Source: a virus. Taken from it: DNA of 64,000 bases. The notes under the pieces were generated by a model. It was not told the DNA's origin, ran no database searches, and was given only the letters and a program-made list of their open reading frames with translations. Below are positions 19,691 to 29,852 of this stretch, one piece after another; the first letter of the stretch is position 1; the number at the start of each line of letters is the position of its first letter. A program made the translations under genes and the position numbers. Location: the IMG/VR virus record IMGVR_UViG_3300046474_000470, positions 20,888 through 84,887 of that record; one strand, written 5' to 3'.

Positions 19691-19830
19691 AACAATTTTC
19701 TCTGGTCAACTACCTCCTGTCGTTACTTTACATCCAGCAAGAAGCGTGCCAGAATTCTTGCATTCTGGCATCTCCATATTCAACCGGCAATGCCTAAGCA
19801 GGCAACGCTCGCCGGCACAAGGGAACTCTG

Positions 19831-21114
19831 ATGAGTCAAAAATTCGCAGACCGGTTGAAAGTCAGCGGCACCGCTGGTGCCGCTGGCGTCTTCAACATGG
19901 GCGCCGCCGCTACAGGCTGCCGGACCCTTGCCCAGGTCATTACGGAAGGCTCGAGCGATCCGCTGGAGATCAAGGTCGGCGATACTGGCGTGCGCTTTAC
20001 GATCAGCGACGGCTCCGGCAACTGGCTCGAAGGCTCCTTCACGATCACGACGTCGAGTAGCATCACGCTCGAGACAATCGAATCGAGCTCGGCCGCCGGC
20101 GCCTCGCCGACCTTCAGCGGCACCCTGACGATTTACAACTGCGCTACCGCCAAGTTCTTGCGTGGTTTGTTGGGCGCCGCCGATGGCATCGGTATGCACC
20201 AGCTGACGGCCGCGCCGTCGACGCCGGACACCTATGTGATGCCGATCGCGGATCCGGCCACCGGCAACACCTACAGCGTGACCGTCGCCACCCTCAAGGC
20301 GTTGTTTGGCGCCGGTGCCGGCACTGGTGGCGCGACCGATACCACGGCGCCGACGGCGTCTTCGGCTGCTGTGGCAAACGCCACGCCGACCGTCGTCGCG
20401 ATCACCATGTCCGAAGCCATGAACACGTCCTTCGTGCCTGCCGCAGCGGCCTTCACGGTAGGCGGCCATACGGTATCCAGCGTGGCGATCTCGGGCAGCA
20501 CCATCAACCTGACTGTCTCGGCGGCCTTCGTCAACGGCGAAGCAGCGCGCACCGTCAGCTATACCCAGCCAGGCACGAACAATGCTCGCGACGTGGCCGG
20601 CAATCTGCTGGCCAATTTCACCGGCCTGGCGATCACGAACAACGTCGCCGCTGCGGCGAACACGCTCGATACCAAGTACGCCATGCGTAGTACGGATGGC
20701 AACGGCGGCACGGCTGCCGTCAAATACCCGGCCCCGGGCAATATCTCGACGAATGGCTTCTATGTCGGCGACGTCTCGCTGTATATCCGCGACGGTGCCG
20801 GCGTGGCCGCACTTGCGTCGGAAGTCGTCATGTGGGCATGGAGCAAGCGTAGCGGCGGCGTGCCTGTCAAGCCGGACCTGTCGACCTACACGCAGAACGG
20901 GCAGAAGCGTGCCCCGTCCCGTCTCGGGGGCTGGACCGACGCACAGAACCCCGGCAGCAACGGCTACTACGGCCTGTACGACAACAGCGCCGGCGGCACC
21001 CTGTACATCTGGGGCACGGCGGGCACGTACGACTTGTGGCTGTTCTACTCGGACGGCTCGGCTGAGCCGTACGACAACGGCACCGGCACCCCGGTCGGCC
21101 TGGTGCTCACGTAA
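19831..21114 (+). CDS. Fibre/adhesin-like protein with SwmB-like Ig repeat
   Basis: Thr/Ala/Gly-rich; DTTAPT..FTV..VSSVAISGSTINLTV..VSYTQP..RDVAGN repeat signature. Confidence 0.65.
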   Translation: MSQKFADRLKVSGTAGAAGVFNMGAAATGCRTLAQVITEGSSDPLEIKVGDTGVRFTISDGSGNWLEGSFTITTSSSITLETIESSSAAGASPTFSGTLTIYNCATAKFLRGLLGAADGIGMHQLTAAPSTPDTYVMPIADPATGNTYSVTVATLKALFGAGAGTGGATDTTAPTASSAAVANATPTVVAITMSEAMNTSFVPAAAAFTVGGHTVSSVAISGSTINLTVSAAFVNGEAARTVSYTQPGTNNARDVAGNLLANFTGLAITNNVAAAANTLDTKYAMRSTDGNGGTAAVKYPAPGNISTNGFYVGDVSLYIRDGAGVAALASEVVMWAWSKRSGGVPVKPDLSTYTQNGQKRAPSRLGGWTDAQNPGSNGYYGLYDNSAGGTLYIWGTAGTYDLWLFYSDGSAEPYDNGTGTPVGLVLT

Positions 21115-22787
21115 TGGCAACCTCACGCGTCCTGGTCAACTCGCAGGGCCGACTTGTCTTGGCAGGCGGAAAGCCGCTTATCCTCGGCATGCCGGGCGCC
21201 GCTCAGCCTCCCGGCACAACGCCGCCCGATACGTCGGCCGCGACGAGCCTTGCCATGGTCGATTGGTACATGCAGAACGTGTCGGGCTTTACGTCGCGCT
21301 TCAACATCCAGACGACGGCAGCGAGCAACGACACGACCGCTGACGTGCCGGTGATTTTCACCTTTGCAGGTGGCGCACCGGCAGTCGTGCAGGCACGCGT
21401 GATCGACGATAACGGCACTGCGGTTGTCGACTGGACCGATATCACCACCAGCGTGCAGGTGAGCGGCAATACCTGTCTCGGCTATCTGCCGGGCGTCTCG
21501 GCTGGCATCGGCTATCTGCGTGAAGTGCGTGTCTCGGCGAGCGTCAAGGCCACCGACACGGTGCACTTCAACATCGGCTGGAACGTGCTGCCCTGGGGCC
21601 AATCGAACAACGTCGGCACGCTGGAAGGCAACAAGAGCGGCAGTGACCCGGTGCCCGGCACCGCGCTGACTGAGCTGGGCTACTACAACACGAACGGCAC
21701 GGCAGCATTCTTCGGTGAGTACGGCTTCGTGCCGGCAGGCACCAACCAGGTCAGCATCGCCAGCTACAGCCCGGTCTATGCGGGCGGGCAGGCGCTGGCG
21801 CGCTTCATCGGTACGGCGCTGCAGAGCAAGTTCGGGCGCAAGGTCGGCGTGGCCTTGAACCCTTGGGCGCGTAACGGTACGTCGCTGGGGCAGTTCGTGG
21901 ATACCGGCGGCGCGTGCACCATGCTGGACAACACCGGCACGGTAGGACCCAACATTGGCCTGTCTTCGCCCAAGCAGTTTGTCACCGGCGATTACCGGAT
22001 CGTGTCCTGGCACCAGGGCGAGACGGAATCCGGCTCGATCACGCGGGCGCAGAGAAAGGCCGATCTGAAGCGATTCTGCCAGGCGCACATTAACCATGTG
22101 GCCGTCTATGGGCGCAGCCCGTCGCAACTGACCTTCCTGTTCGCGCTGATGGGTGTCGGCAACCCAGTGCACATGGAAATCCTGCGCGGCGCCGTGCTCG
22201 ACCTGATCGCCGATCCGACAGTGCAGGCGGCAGGCTGGGACGTGCGCATCGGCTGGAACTGCATCGACCTCGACCCCGACATCGCCAGCGATGGCTTGCA
22301 CTTCAAGGGTACGTTCCAGACGCAGTCGCTGTACCGGCTGGCGCAGGCTTGCATGCATGTGGCCGACCCGGTGGGCGTGCCGAAGGGCGCCGAAGGGCCG
22401 CGCCTGACCGGCGCATTCACCCGTGCCGGCAGCGACATCACGCTGACGGTCGCGCACAGCAGTGGCACGGGACTGGTGGCGAAGTCGCCAGGTTCTGCGA
22501 TCACGGGCTGGTACGCCAACACGGCGGCGGACTTCTCAGGCACGGACATCTCCTTGAGCAACATCACCATTGTGGACGCGACCCATATCCGCGTGACCGC
22601 GACCGGGGCGCCGGCCACGTTCTACATCAAGCATTGCGGGCACAGGTATTACACCGCGCTGAGCTACCACCCAGGCGTGTCGAATCTGATCTACGACAAC
22701 TTCGCCTATCCGACCGGCGCCAACGCAACAGAGCAATTTACTGGCCTACCCCTGCAGCCAACCCCTGACCCGATACAGGTGACCTGA
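21114..22787 (+). CDS. SGNH hydrolase (sialate O-acetylesterase-like) domain protein, probable virion spike or fibre
   Basis: GQSN, WHQGE and DGLH catalytic blocks flanked by beta-rich domains. Confidence 0.8.
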   Translation: MATSRVLVNSQGRLVLAGGKPLILGMPGAAQPPGTTPPDTSAATSLAMVDWYMQNVSGFTSRFNIQTTAASNDTTADVPVIFTFAGGAPAVVQARVIDDNGTAVVDWTDITTSVQVSGNTCLGYLPGVSAGIGYLREVRVSASVKATDTVHFNIGWNVLPWGQSNNVGTLEGNKSGSDPVPGTALTELGYYNTNGTAAFFGEYGFVPAGTNQVSIASYSPVYAGGQALARFIGTALQSKFGRKVGVALNPWARNGTSLGQFVDTGGACTMLDNTGTVGPNIGLSSPKQFVTGDYRIVSWHQGETESGSITRAQRKADLKRFCQAHINHVAVYGRSPSQLTFLFALMGVGNPVHMEILRGAVLDLIADPTVQAAGWDVRIGWNCIDLDPDIASDGLHFKGTFQTQSLYRLAQACMHVADPVGVPKGAEGPRLTGAFTRAGSDITLTVAHSSGTGLVAKSPGSAITGWYANTAADFSGTDISLSNITIVDATHIRVTATGAPATFYIKHCGHRYYTALSYHPGVSNLIYDNFAYPTGANATEQFTGLPLQPTPDPIQVT

Positions 22788-23044
22788 TGCTTGGATTTGA
22801 CGCAATCGGCATGGACGCGGTCGGCCTGCCTGGGCAGGCCGGTGCTGCTGCTGCGCCGCCAGCTGTCCCGCCGGTGACGGTCAACCCGGCGCGCATCGTG
22901 AAGTTCGGCGGCGGCACGCGGGTCGCCGTCTTCCCGGGCGGCAAGCATCTGGTCGTGTTCGCCGGCGGCGTGCGCGTGGTGACGTTCGAAGGCCGCGTGA
23001 AGAAGGTCGTGTTCCCGGGCGGGACCAAGAGAGTTCAATTCTAA
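22787..23044 (+). CDS. Small protein with 9-residue VxFxGG repeats
   Basis: RIVKFGGGT/RVAVFPGGK/HLVVFAGGV/RVVTFEGRV/KKVVFPGGT. Confidence 0.7.
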   Translation: MLGFDAIGMDAVGLPGQAGAAAAPPAVPPVTVNPARIVKFGGGTRVAVFPGGKHLVVFAGGVRVVTFEGRVKKVVFPGGTKRVQF

Positions 23045-23056
23045 CAAGGACACAGC

Positions 23057-23365
23057 ATGGCAAACGCAACCGCACCATACCTGGGCTCGAAGGGCTGGAC
23101 CATCGACATCGACCCTGACGACATCAACTATGTCGTTTGGGACGTCAGTAAGGACCTGACCGACCGCGCCACCACGGCGGCGTCGGCCACCCTCATCCTG
23201 AACGGCATGACCGCGTCGCAGGGCCCCACCGTGCAGGGCAGCACGGTCATCGCCATGCTGACGGCCGTGGCCAACGCGCAAAACCCGTCAGCCACTGCGC
23301 GCGTCACCTGCGCCAATGGCGAGCGCTTTGACCGCACCATCTACTTCAACCTGGAGGATCATTGA
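23057..23365 (+). CDS. Putative fibre adaptor / small Ig-like virion protein
   Basis: DPDDINYVVWD..VTCANGERFDRTI pattern; SD AAGGA. Confidence 0.65.
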   Translation: MANATAPYLGSKGWTIDIDPDDINYVVWDVSKDLTDRATTAASATLILNGMTASQGPTVQGSTVIAMLTAVANAQNPSATARVTCANGERFDRTIYFNLEDH

Positions 23366-23532
23366 TGCCTGACGTGACCTTTCCGGCAGCCGCGCTGGTC
23401 GAAGCCCAGCGCCGCGCCCAGGCCGAAGAAGCCACCCAGCTGGAGGCCGAGCGAGCCGCCCAGCTTGCGGTACAGCCGGCGACACCGAAGCCGCCAGCGC
23501 CACCCCAAGTCTTCATCAAGGTTCGACCGTAA
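23365..23532 (+). CDS. Small protein (55 aa, below the ORF track cut-off)
   Basis: TGATG coupling; MPDVTFPAAALVEAQRR..VFIKVRP*. Confidence 0.5.
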   Translation: MPDVTFPAAALVEAQRRAQAEEATQLEAERAAQLAVQPATPKPPAPPQVFIKVRP

Positions 23533-23763
23533 CCGCCTTCAGGCGGTTAACCAGATCGAGCCCTTTCGCCGTCAGGCGGGGCTGATTCGGATCGTCGCTC
23601 GCCCAGTCGCGCTCGATCACGATGTCAGGGCGGATCACGCCCTGACGTCGGAAGGTTTCGAAGGCTTCATACATCGCTGGCGAATGCTTCTGCTCGTACG
23701 GGTAGATGTCAAACGGGTCCCTGTGGGAGTACATCCGCAGCAGGATTTCAATTTTCAGCGGGC

Positions 23764-24438
23764 TCATTTTCTCTCCTCGACAATTCGGGTTACGGTTTTC
23801 CGGCGCGCGCCGTGGGCTTCGAAAGCCACGATCGCGTGCCGGTCTGCTTTCTGGCACAGCTGGCAAGTGGCGCAGGTGATGTACTCCTTGAACTGCGCCG
23901 GGCACAGCGTCACCTTGTGCCCGGCCGGCGTCGTGCTGCCCTTCCAGCCCACCGGCACCACGACCACCAGCGGCAGGCCCAGCGGCGCCAGCCGGTCGGC
24001 ATCAAGCAGCGAGTCGGCCGACAGGTTGACCGTGAAGCCGGCCTTGTTGGCGGCCCGGATCGCCTTGACGTTCTCCTTCGTGGGTGGGTAGTGGGTGTAG
24101 GTGAAGCCCTTCTTGCCGCGGTTGGCCCGGGCCAGCTGGCGCAGCGCCGGCGCATCGATCACGTCGTTCGCACCCTGCAAGTCGCCGGCCTGGTTGTGAC
24201 GCCAGATCTGGCCTGCCTTGAGGCGACTGATCTCGTCGACGAAGTCGTCCCAGCCGATGGCGTTGCGGCCGTCGGTGACCTTGTTCCAGTGGTGGACCAG
24301 CGGGTGGTTTTCGGCGTAGCAGCCGTTGCCCTTGAAGGCGCAGGTGGATGGGCAGGAGGTTCGGGAGGAAGTTGAGACGGGGATGGGCCCGGTCTTGGCG
24401 TTGGCGGATATGCGGGTCAGGTGGACTTGTGTTGCCAC
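23764..24438 (-). CDS. Cys-rich gp88-like / radical-SAM-like phage protein
   Basis: GTG start after GGAG; NAKTG..SCPSTC..GCYA, RHNQAGD, FTYT, CPAQ..CATCQLC..FEAHG. Confidence 0.6.
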   Translation of the reverse strand: MATQVHLTRISANAKTGPIPVSTSSRTSCPSTCAFKGNGCYAENHPLVHHWNKVTDGRNAIGWDDFVDEISRLKAGQIWRHNQAGDLQGANDVIDAPALRQLARANRGKKGFTYTHYPPTKENVKAIRAANKAGFTVNLSADSLLDADRLAPLGLPLVVVVPVGWKGSTTPAGHKVTLCPAQFKEYITCATCQLCQKADRHAIVAFEAHGARRKTVTRIVEERK

Positions 24439-25098
24439 GTTTTCTCCTGTGGGAAGCGGCGACGCAGCTCGAAATAGCCAGCGCTGCTGCAGATGAGGGC
24501 TTCGCCCGGGCCGTCCATGATCTTGGACTTCAGGAACACATAGTCGACGCCGAAGAATCGGGCCGACCAGGCGTCGAACTGCTCGAGGTATCTCGGCTGG
24601 CCGTAGCCGATGATGTTGCGCAGCTGCTGACTCAGCTGGAACTTGGGCCTGTCCCGCACCAGTGGCGAGACAACGATACGCATGCCGTAAAGGGTCTCGA
24701 TCATGGGCGGTACTCCATGATGCTTTCGAACGTCGCCTTGATGTCCTCCGGATCGTCCGTCCAGCACTCGCGGTACATGCGCTCCAGCTGCTCGCGCCGG
24801 CCGACGAACTCATAGTCGTAGGGCGGGTCGATCTCACGGGTGGTGACGCCGTAATCGCGCAGGTAGCGCTCCGGCGTGTCGTCCTCCATGCAGTGGGCCG
24901 GCGCGCGCAGCACGCACAGCTCGCTGAACGGGATCAAGGTGAAGCTGACGGCCTTGCCGCTGTAGGTGGTGTTGGCGTGCAGGGAGCGGGCGTCGATCAG
25001 CGCCATGCTGAGGGCTGTGTCGGGCCGGACAGCGGTGACGTCGACGGTGAAGGTGCCATCGGTGAAGACGATGATGGCGCGGTACTTGATAGGGTCGA

Positions 25099-25353
25099 TC
25101 ACGAGGGCTCCTTGGGTAGGCGGGCGGCGAGCATGTCATCGGCGACCTCGTAAGCTCGGATCGTCAGCAGGGTGTTCGTGTAGTTGGCTTCCCAGCCGGC
25201 AGCAAGCAGGCCTTGCATGGCGCGGCCAGCGAACTCGTCGCGCAGCGCGGCTGGGTGCAGCGGCGTCCGGACCAACGCCAGAACCTCAGCCATCGTCAAA
25301 TGATAATGCTCCCGCAGATGCTCGATCGCTTCTCGGATGGTGGGTGTAGTCAT
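25099..25353 (-). CDS. Conserved small phage protein
   Basis: LRDEFAGRAMQGLLA..AYEVADDMLAAR motif. Confidence 0.7.
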   Translation of the reverse strand: MTTPTIREAIEHLREHYHLTMAEVLALVRTPLHPAALRDEFAGRAMQGLLAAGWEANYTNTLLTIRAYEVADDMLAARLPKEPS

Positions 25354-25952
25354 GGTGTGCTCCAGGGTGGGGTTTCGTTCATCTCGGCCGCGATCTGCTC
25401 GACAGCGACGGCCGCTTCCGGCGGCAGCAACAGACGCGGCAGCGCGCCGGGCGTGTACAGTCGGACCAGCGCCTCCTCGCGCATCCGGATCTTCCCCATC
25501 AGCGAGAGGTGGCCGGCCTGGTGGTTGCAGACGCGGTGCGCCAGCGCCATGTTGGCGATGTGGTCCGGGCCGCCATGCGTGATCGAGACCAGATGCTCGG
25601 GCGACTCCTCCTCGATCGCCACCGGCAGGTGGCAGAAGAAGCAGTCGTCGCCGTCGCGGTCGCGCAGCGCCTGGCAGACCACGCTGGACTTGCGTCGACG
25701 CTGCTCCTTGGGCACGGCGCGCCATGACTTGTTGCCGACATGCGCAAGGTAGGCCTCGGCAGCCGGCCCCATCCAGGTCAGCTCGGCGCGCTTGTTGGTA
25801 TAGACGATGCCGGTGCCCTTCTCGGTCTTGAACCGCAGCAGCTCCCACTCGTTGGTGGGCGAGAGCACCTCGGCGCCGCGCTCGGCGAGCCAGAGCTCGA
25901 ATTTCTCGCGCCGCGCCTCGAACTGGGCTCGGTTGAGGGTTGGGGTAGGCAT
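25350..25952 (-). CDS. HNH endonuclease domain protein
   Basis: RDGDDCFFC..EHLV..GG..NMALAHRVCN. Confidence 0.8.
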   Translation of the reverse strand: MPTPTLNRAQFEARREKFELWLAERGAEVLSPTNEWELLRFKTEKGTGIVYTNKRAELTWMGPAAEAYLAHVGNKSWRAVPKEQRRRKSSVVCQALRDRDGDDCFFCHLPVAIEEESPEHLVSITHGGPDHIANMALAHRVCNHQAGHLSLMGKIRMREEALVRLYTPGALPRLLLPPEAAVAVEQIAAEMNETPPWSTP

Positions 25953-26789
25953 TATTCCTCCTTTTTAAGTTTTGCCTGAGCCCGCTGCAGGGCGGCAAGC
26001 CGGTGCCCAAGGTCATAGCGGGTGGAGCGGAGCCGATCGAGTTCCAGCTGGGTTTCTTCCTGCTGCCGGGCGATCTCCTGCCAGGCAGACTCGAAGCGGA
26101 GGCGCTCAAGCATGGCTTGCTGGCGCAGATCCTCCAGCCGGGCGCTGTGCTGCGCGATGTGCTCACGCAGATTCTCCATCTCAGCCTGGGCCGCGACGAC
26201 GTCCTGCAGGCGGCTCACGGCGGTTTCGGGCAGCGCCGGCCGCGCCGGCGGCGCGCCGGCCGTGTCGATCTGCAGGAACACCGGCACCTCGATCGGCGTT
26301 TTCACTTCTTCCTCTTCGCAGGGTTGGCGTCATAGCCCGGCTTGCGCATCTGGATGTTGGTCTCGCGCGCGACCTTGATGATGTCGCGGTGCGGCAGGGC
26401 TTCCAGCACATCGCCGTAGGCGTCGATCAGGGTCTCGATGATCGCGACCTCGGTGCCGACCAGGCGCACCGGAACGCTGTTGTCCAGGGCGTGCTCGGCC
26501 ACCTGGATCAGCACGCTCTGGGCGGCTGCCAGGATGCCGTGCGGATCCTCGACCATCTTGAAGCGCAGCATGGTCTCGAACATGTTGCCGACCACGGCGA
26601 TGACCTTCCACTCGCGGCGCGTCGGCGCCAAGCCGTACGCCAGCTCGTGGAAGTGCTTGCGGATGTCGGCCATACGCGCCCGGCGCGTGGCTTCGGGCAT
26701 CGGCTCCGTGGGGGAGGCCCGCAGCTCGTCAAGCAGTGTGTAGTGCATGCCCATGTCGTTCGGGTGCGGGGTGTTGCGGCGGCGGGTGC

Positions 26790-27332
26790 TCATGCGGGCC
26801 TCACTTCCGCGCGGCGGGCGCGGGCATCGGTCATACGGTAAATGGTGCCGCTCTCGCTGCGGATCTGCCAGGCGCGAGTCCAGCGGCTGACCACCCTGTA
26901 CGGCTTGCCGCCGTAGACCAGCGTGTCGCCGATCTTGATCTTCGGCCGGGCCTTACGCGCAGCATGGTACTCGCGGCAGCGTCGGCGCCAGTCGATGGCG
27001 TGCTCGTAGGTGGTCTCGGTCAGGAGGTCGAGAATGCGCTCCGGGCAGCGGGCCTCGCAAGGTCCACAGCTCTCGTCCATGTCCTTGTAGCCGAAGCTGT
27101 ACTCGTCCTTCGGCGCGAAGCCGAGCAGCAGGATTGCGGCCCAGACGCGGCGCTCGCCGGTCTCCTTGTGGACCTGCTCGACCGCAGCATACAGGGTGCG
27201 CAGCTCGACGATCGAGGTGTCGAGCACCTTGTATTCGTAAGGGGAATCAGACCAGCGGAACACGCCGGCGTGGTTGAGGATGAAGTCGGTAACCTTCAGC
27301 CCTTTCGGTTTGTGCATCCAGAGCCAGCCCAT
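26790..27332 (-). CDS. Conserved hypothetical protein (DUF6927-like)
   Basis: FGYKDMDESCGP..CPERILDLL..WRRRC. Confidence 0.6.
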   Translation of the reverse strand: MGWLWMHKPKGLKVTDFILNHAGVFRWSDSPYEYKVLDTSIVELRTLYAAVEQVHKETGERRVWAAILLLGFAPKDEYSFGYKDMDESCGPCEARCPERILDLLTETTYEHAIDWRRRCREYHAARKARPKIKIGDTLVYGGKPYRVVSRWTRAWQIRSESGTIYRMTDARARRAEVRPA

Positions 27333-27642
27333 TATCTGCTCCCGTTCTCGATCGCCAGCAGCTGCTGGGCCTTGCCTTCGAGCGCCGTTGCTTCGGCCGT
27401 GGCCTTGGCGCGGATATTGGCGGCCTGGGCGCGCAGCGCCACGACCGCATTGCCGATGATCTGGTCGGGCGGCAGCAGCGAGATGTCGATCTCGACAGTG
27501 CCGACGTTGACGTAACCCATGCTGGTCATGTCGACTCTGGAAAAGGTCAAATGGCCGACCAGCCTCTCAGCGTCGGTCAGGTCCTGGGGCTTGATGTATG
27601 CCAGGCTGTGGTTGGACAGGGAGATGTTCAGGGTCAGGGTGG

Positions 27643-27990
27643 TCATACTTCCTCCGATTTGATGGTGAGTTCGTCTTCGTCCAGTTCGAAATAATCGAGC
27701 GAGAGCAGCTGGATGCCGTACGAGCCGTCCAGCGGCGGCCAGCCCTCCTCCTCGCCGCGGCGCAGCCGGCCTTCCGGATCGAGGTCGGTGATCGTCATGC
27801 GGAAGGCATGCAGCGCAAGCATCGTCAGCACGGCCTTGCAGATGTTGCCGCGTGCGGCTCGCAGCCGCTCCTGGGCGCCGCTCCAGAAGTTGTTGATCTC
27901 GTGAAGCTTCTCGTCGGTCAGGATGCTGTGGTCGATCGTGACGACCATGTCGAAGGACCAGTCGTAGGTGAGGGTGTAGCGCTTTTTCAT
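27643..27990 (-). CDS. DUF2528-like protein
   Basis: VTIDH..LHEINNFWSGA..EGWPPLDGSYGI. Confidence 0.65.
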   Translation of the reverse strand: MKKRYTLTYDWSFDMVVTIDHSILTDEKLHEINNFWSGAQERLRAARGNICKAVLTMLALHAFRMTITDLDPEGRLRRGEEEGWPPLDGSYGIQLLSLDYFELDEDELTIKSEEV

Positions 27991-29063
27991 GCTTTCTCCT
28001 TGCCAGCCACCTGGAACTGCTCGAACGACACGCGGTCCTTGTAGCTGTTGATGTGGAAGTCGTTGCTGTAGTTGCGCAGCATGCTGGCCGCCAGCGACTC
28101 GGACTTGCAGATCGTGCGGTGGCAGATCTCGCCCTGCGTCCACAGCGCCACCTGCTCCGTTGTGGCGTGGTGATCCATCCAGTGCGCGAAGATCGCCTCG
28201 AACAGGCGCCAGCTGGTGCAGGCCGGGTGCGGCGCGTGGCGGGTGTTCGGGTACCGAGGATTCTCCTTCATCCAGCCGTTTTCCAGTCGGATGTACTGCG
28301 GCTCCTGCCTTCTGTCGCCCAGGACTTCCCGCAGATATTCCGCAAGGTTGCGCTCGGCGTGCACGGCCGCCGGCTGGCCGTTCCAGTCCTCGGCCCGGAT
28401 GAAGCACTCGGCGTGATAGCCGGTCGCGTCGATCGCAGCGTCGGTCACGATGTGGGTGTGGCACAGGTTGACAACATGGTGGTCCGGGTAGCGCGGCGCG
28501 GCGATCTCGAAGGGCGCGCCGTCGTAGCCGGTGACCTTCTTCAGGAGGTCGTAGTAGGGCTGCAGGAACTCGAAGCCGACGTCGGCGAAGAGGTGGAGCC
28601 ACGGGCGGTCACCACCCATGACGATGTGCGTCATGGTGCCCTCGATCAGGGCGTCGGTGTGCTTCGTAATATCCATGCGGAAGTGCTCGCAGATCTCGGC
28701 CACTTCCTTGGCGGTGGTGGCGCGGATCAGCAGATCGGGGGAGCGGAGTTCGAATTCCATGGCTCAGCCCTCCTTCTTCACGCCGTAGCCCAGCAGCACG
28801 ACCTCGCGGCGCACTTCGACCGGCACCCAGGTGACCTTGCGCTCGGCGAGCGCTGCCACTTCCTTGCGGTCGCCGCGCGGCCCGGGGTTGTTGCGCACCG
28901 TGGCGTGCTCGATATCCGCCACCGGCGTGATGGTGATGTGCTGACCGGTGTGGGTCTGGGTGCTGCTGATGTAGAGGAACTGGCCGTCCGGCTGGACGGC
29001 GACAAAGCCTTGGGTAGTTTTCATTGGATGCTTTCAGGGTTGGTGGTTGGGAGGGAGGGATGG

Positions 29064-29852
29064 TTAAGCTGCGATGCCAGTGATTTCTTCGAGGGTGCGC
29101 TTCTTGCCGTTCTTCGGCATCATCATGACCTGACCCGTCGAGCGCTCGAGGGCCGAGTAGTTGCGATAGACGTCCGGGTCGTTGACCAGCTCCGGATGGT
29201 CGCGCACCAGCTCTGCGGCGCGGCGCAGATCCTCGTCCTGCGAGTAGATGCAGAAGACGCAGGAGAAGCGCCGCATGCCCATGCGGTAGACGACGTGCGG
29301 CTGCTGGCCAGCGGCGTCGATGGCGTCGAACACCTGCTGCTCGGACCAAGCATGGATCGGCAGCCATTCGTACCATTCGCGGCCGGCACGGCTGTTGGTC
29401 GTGTCAAAGCGGAACGGCGCCATCTTCTTGCGGGTGACCGACTCTTCCGCACGGAGCCCCATGCAGTTGACGATCAGATGCCAGGCCGGGTGGCCGGCCG
29501 CTTTCCGCTCGTAGGTCAGGTGGCGGATCAGCTTCGTGATCGGGCCGCGCTTCAGGTCCGAGGTGCACTGGCGCTGCGCTGGGCTGGGGAACATACCGCG
29601 TTCCTCGACCATCTGCAAGAGGTCACGTCGCGCCTTGACCACATGCAGCGGCTCACCGGTGGTGGTCGCCTGGATGTGCTCGACGGCGCCGGCCCACTCC
29701 ACGCGGCCCAGATCAGCGTGCACGATCACCAGCTGCTTGTGAGGCACCAGCGCTGCCAGCAGCAGGTAAGCCGCTTGTGAGTCTTTACCGCCGGAGTGGT
29801 TGACGACAAAGAGAGCGCCGCGGGCGACGAGGTCTTTGATTTGTTCGATCAT
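29064..29852 (-). CDS. PAPS reductase-family (PP-loop) protein
   Basis: SGGKDS, RQCTSDLK, GLRAEES..R, RFSCVFC. Confidence 0.85.
   Translation of the reverse strand: MIEQIKDLVARGALFVVNHSGGKDSQAAYLLLAALVPHKQLVIVHADLGRVEWAGAVEHIQATTTGEPLHVVKARRDLLQMVEERGMFPSPAQRQCTSDLKRGPITKLIRHLTYERKAAGHPAWHLIVNCMGLRAEESVTRKKMAPFRFDTTNSRAGREWYEWLPIHAWSEQQVFDAIDAAGQQPHVVYRMGMRRFSCVFCIYSQDEDLRRAAELVRDHPELVNDPDVYRNYSALERSTGQVMMMPKNGKKRTLEEITGIAA

Noticed and set aside
19831-23532. Invertible segment or diversity-generating retroelement target
   Set aside because: No flanking inverted repeats, invertase, reverse transcriptase or template/variable repeat pair was seen.
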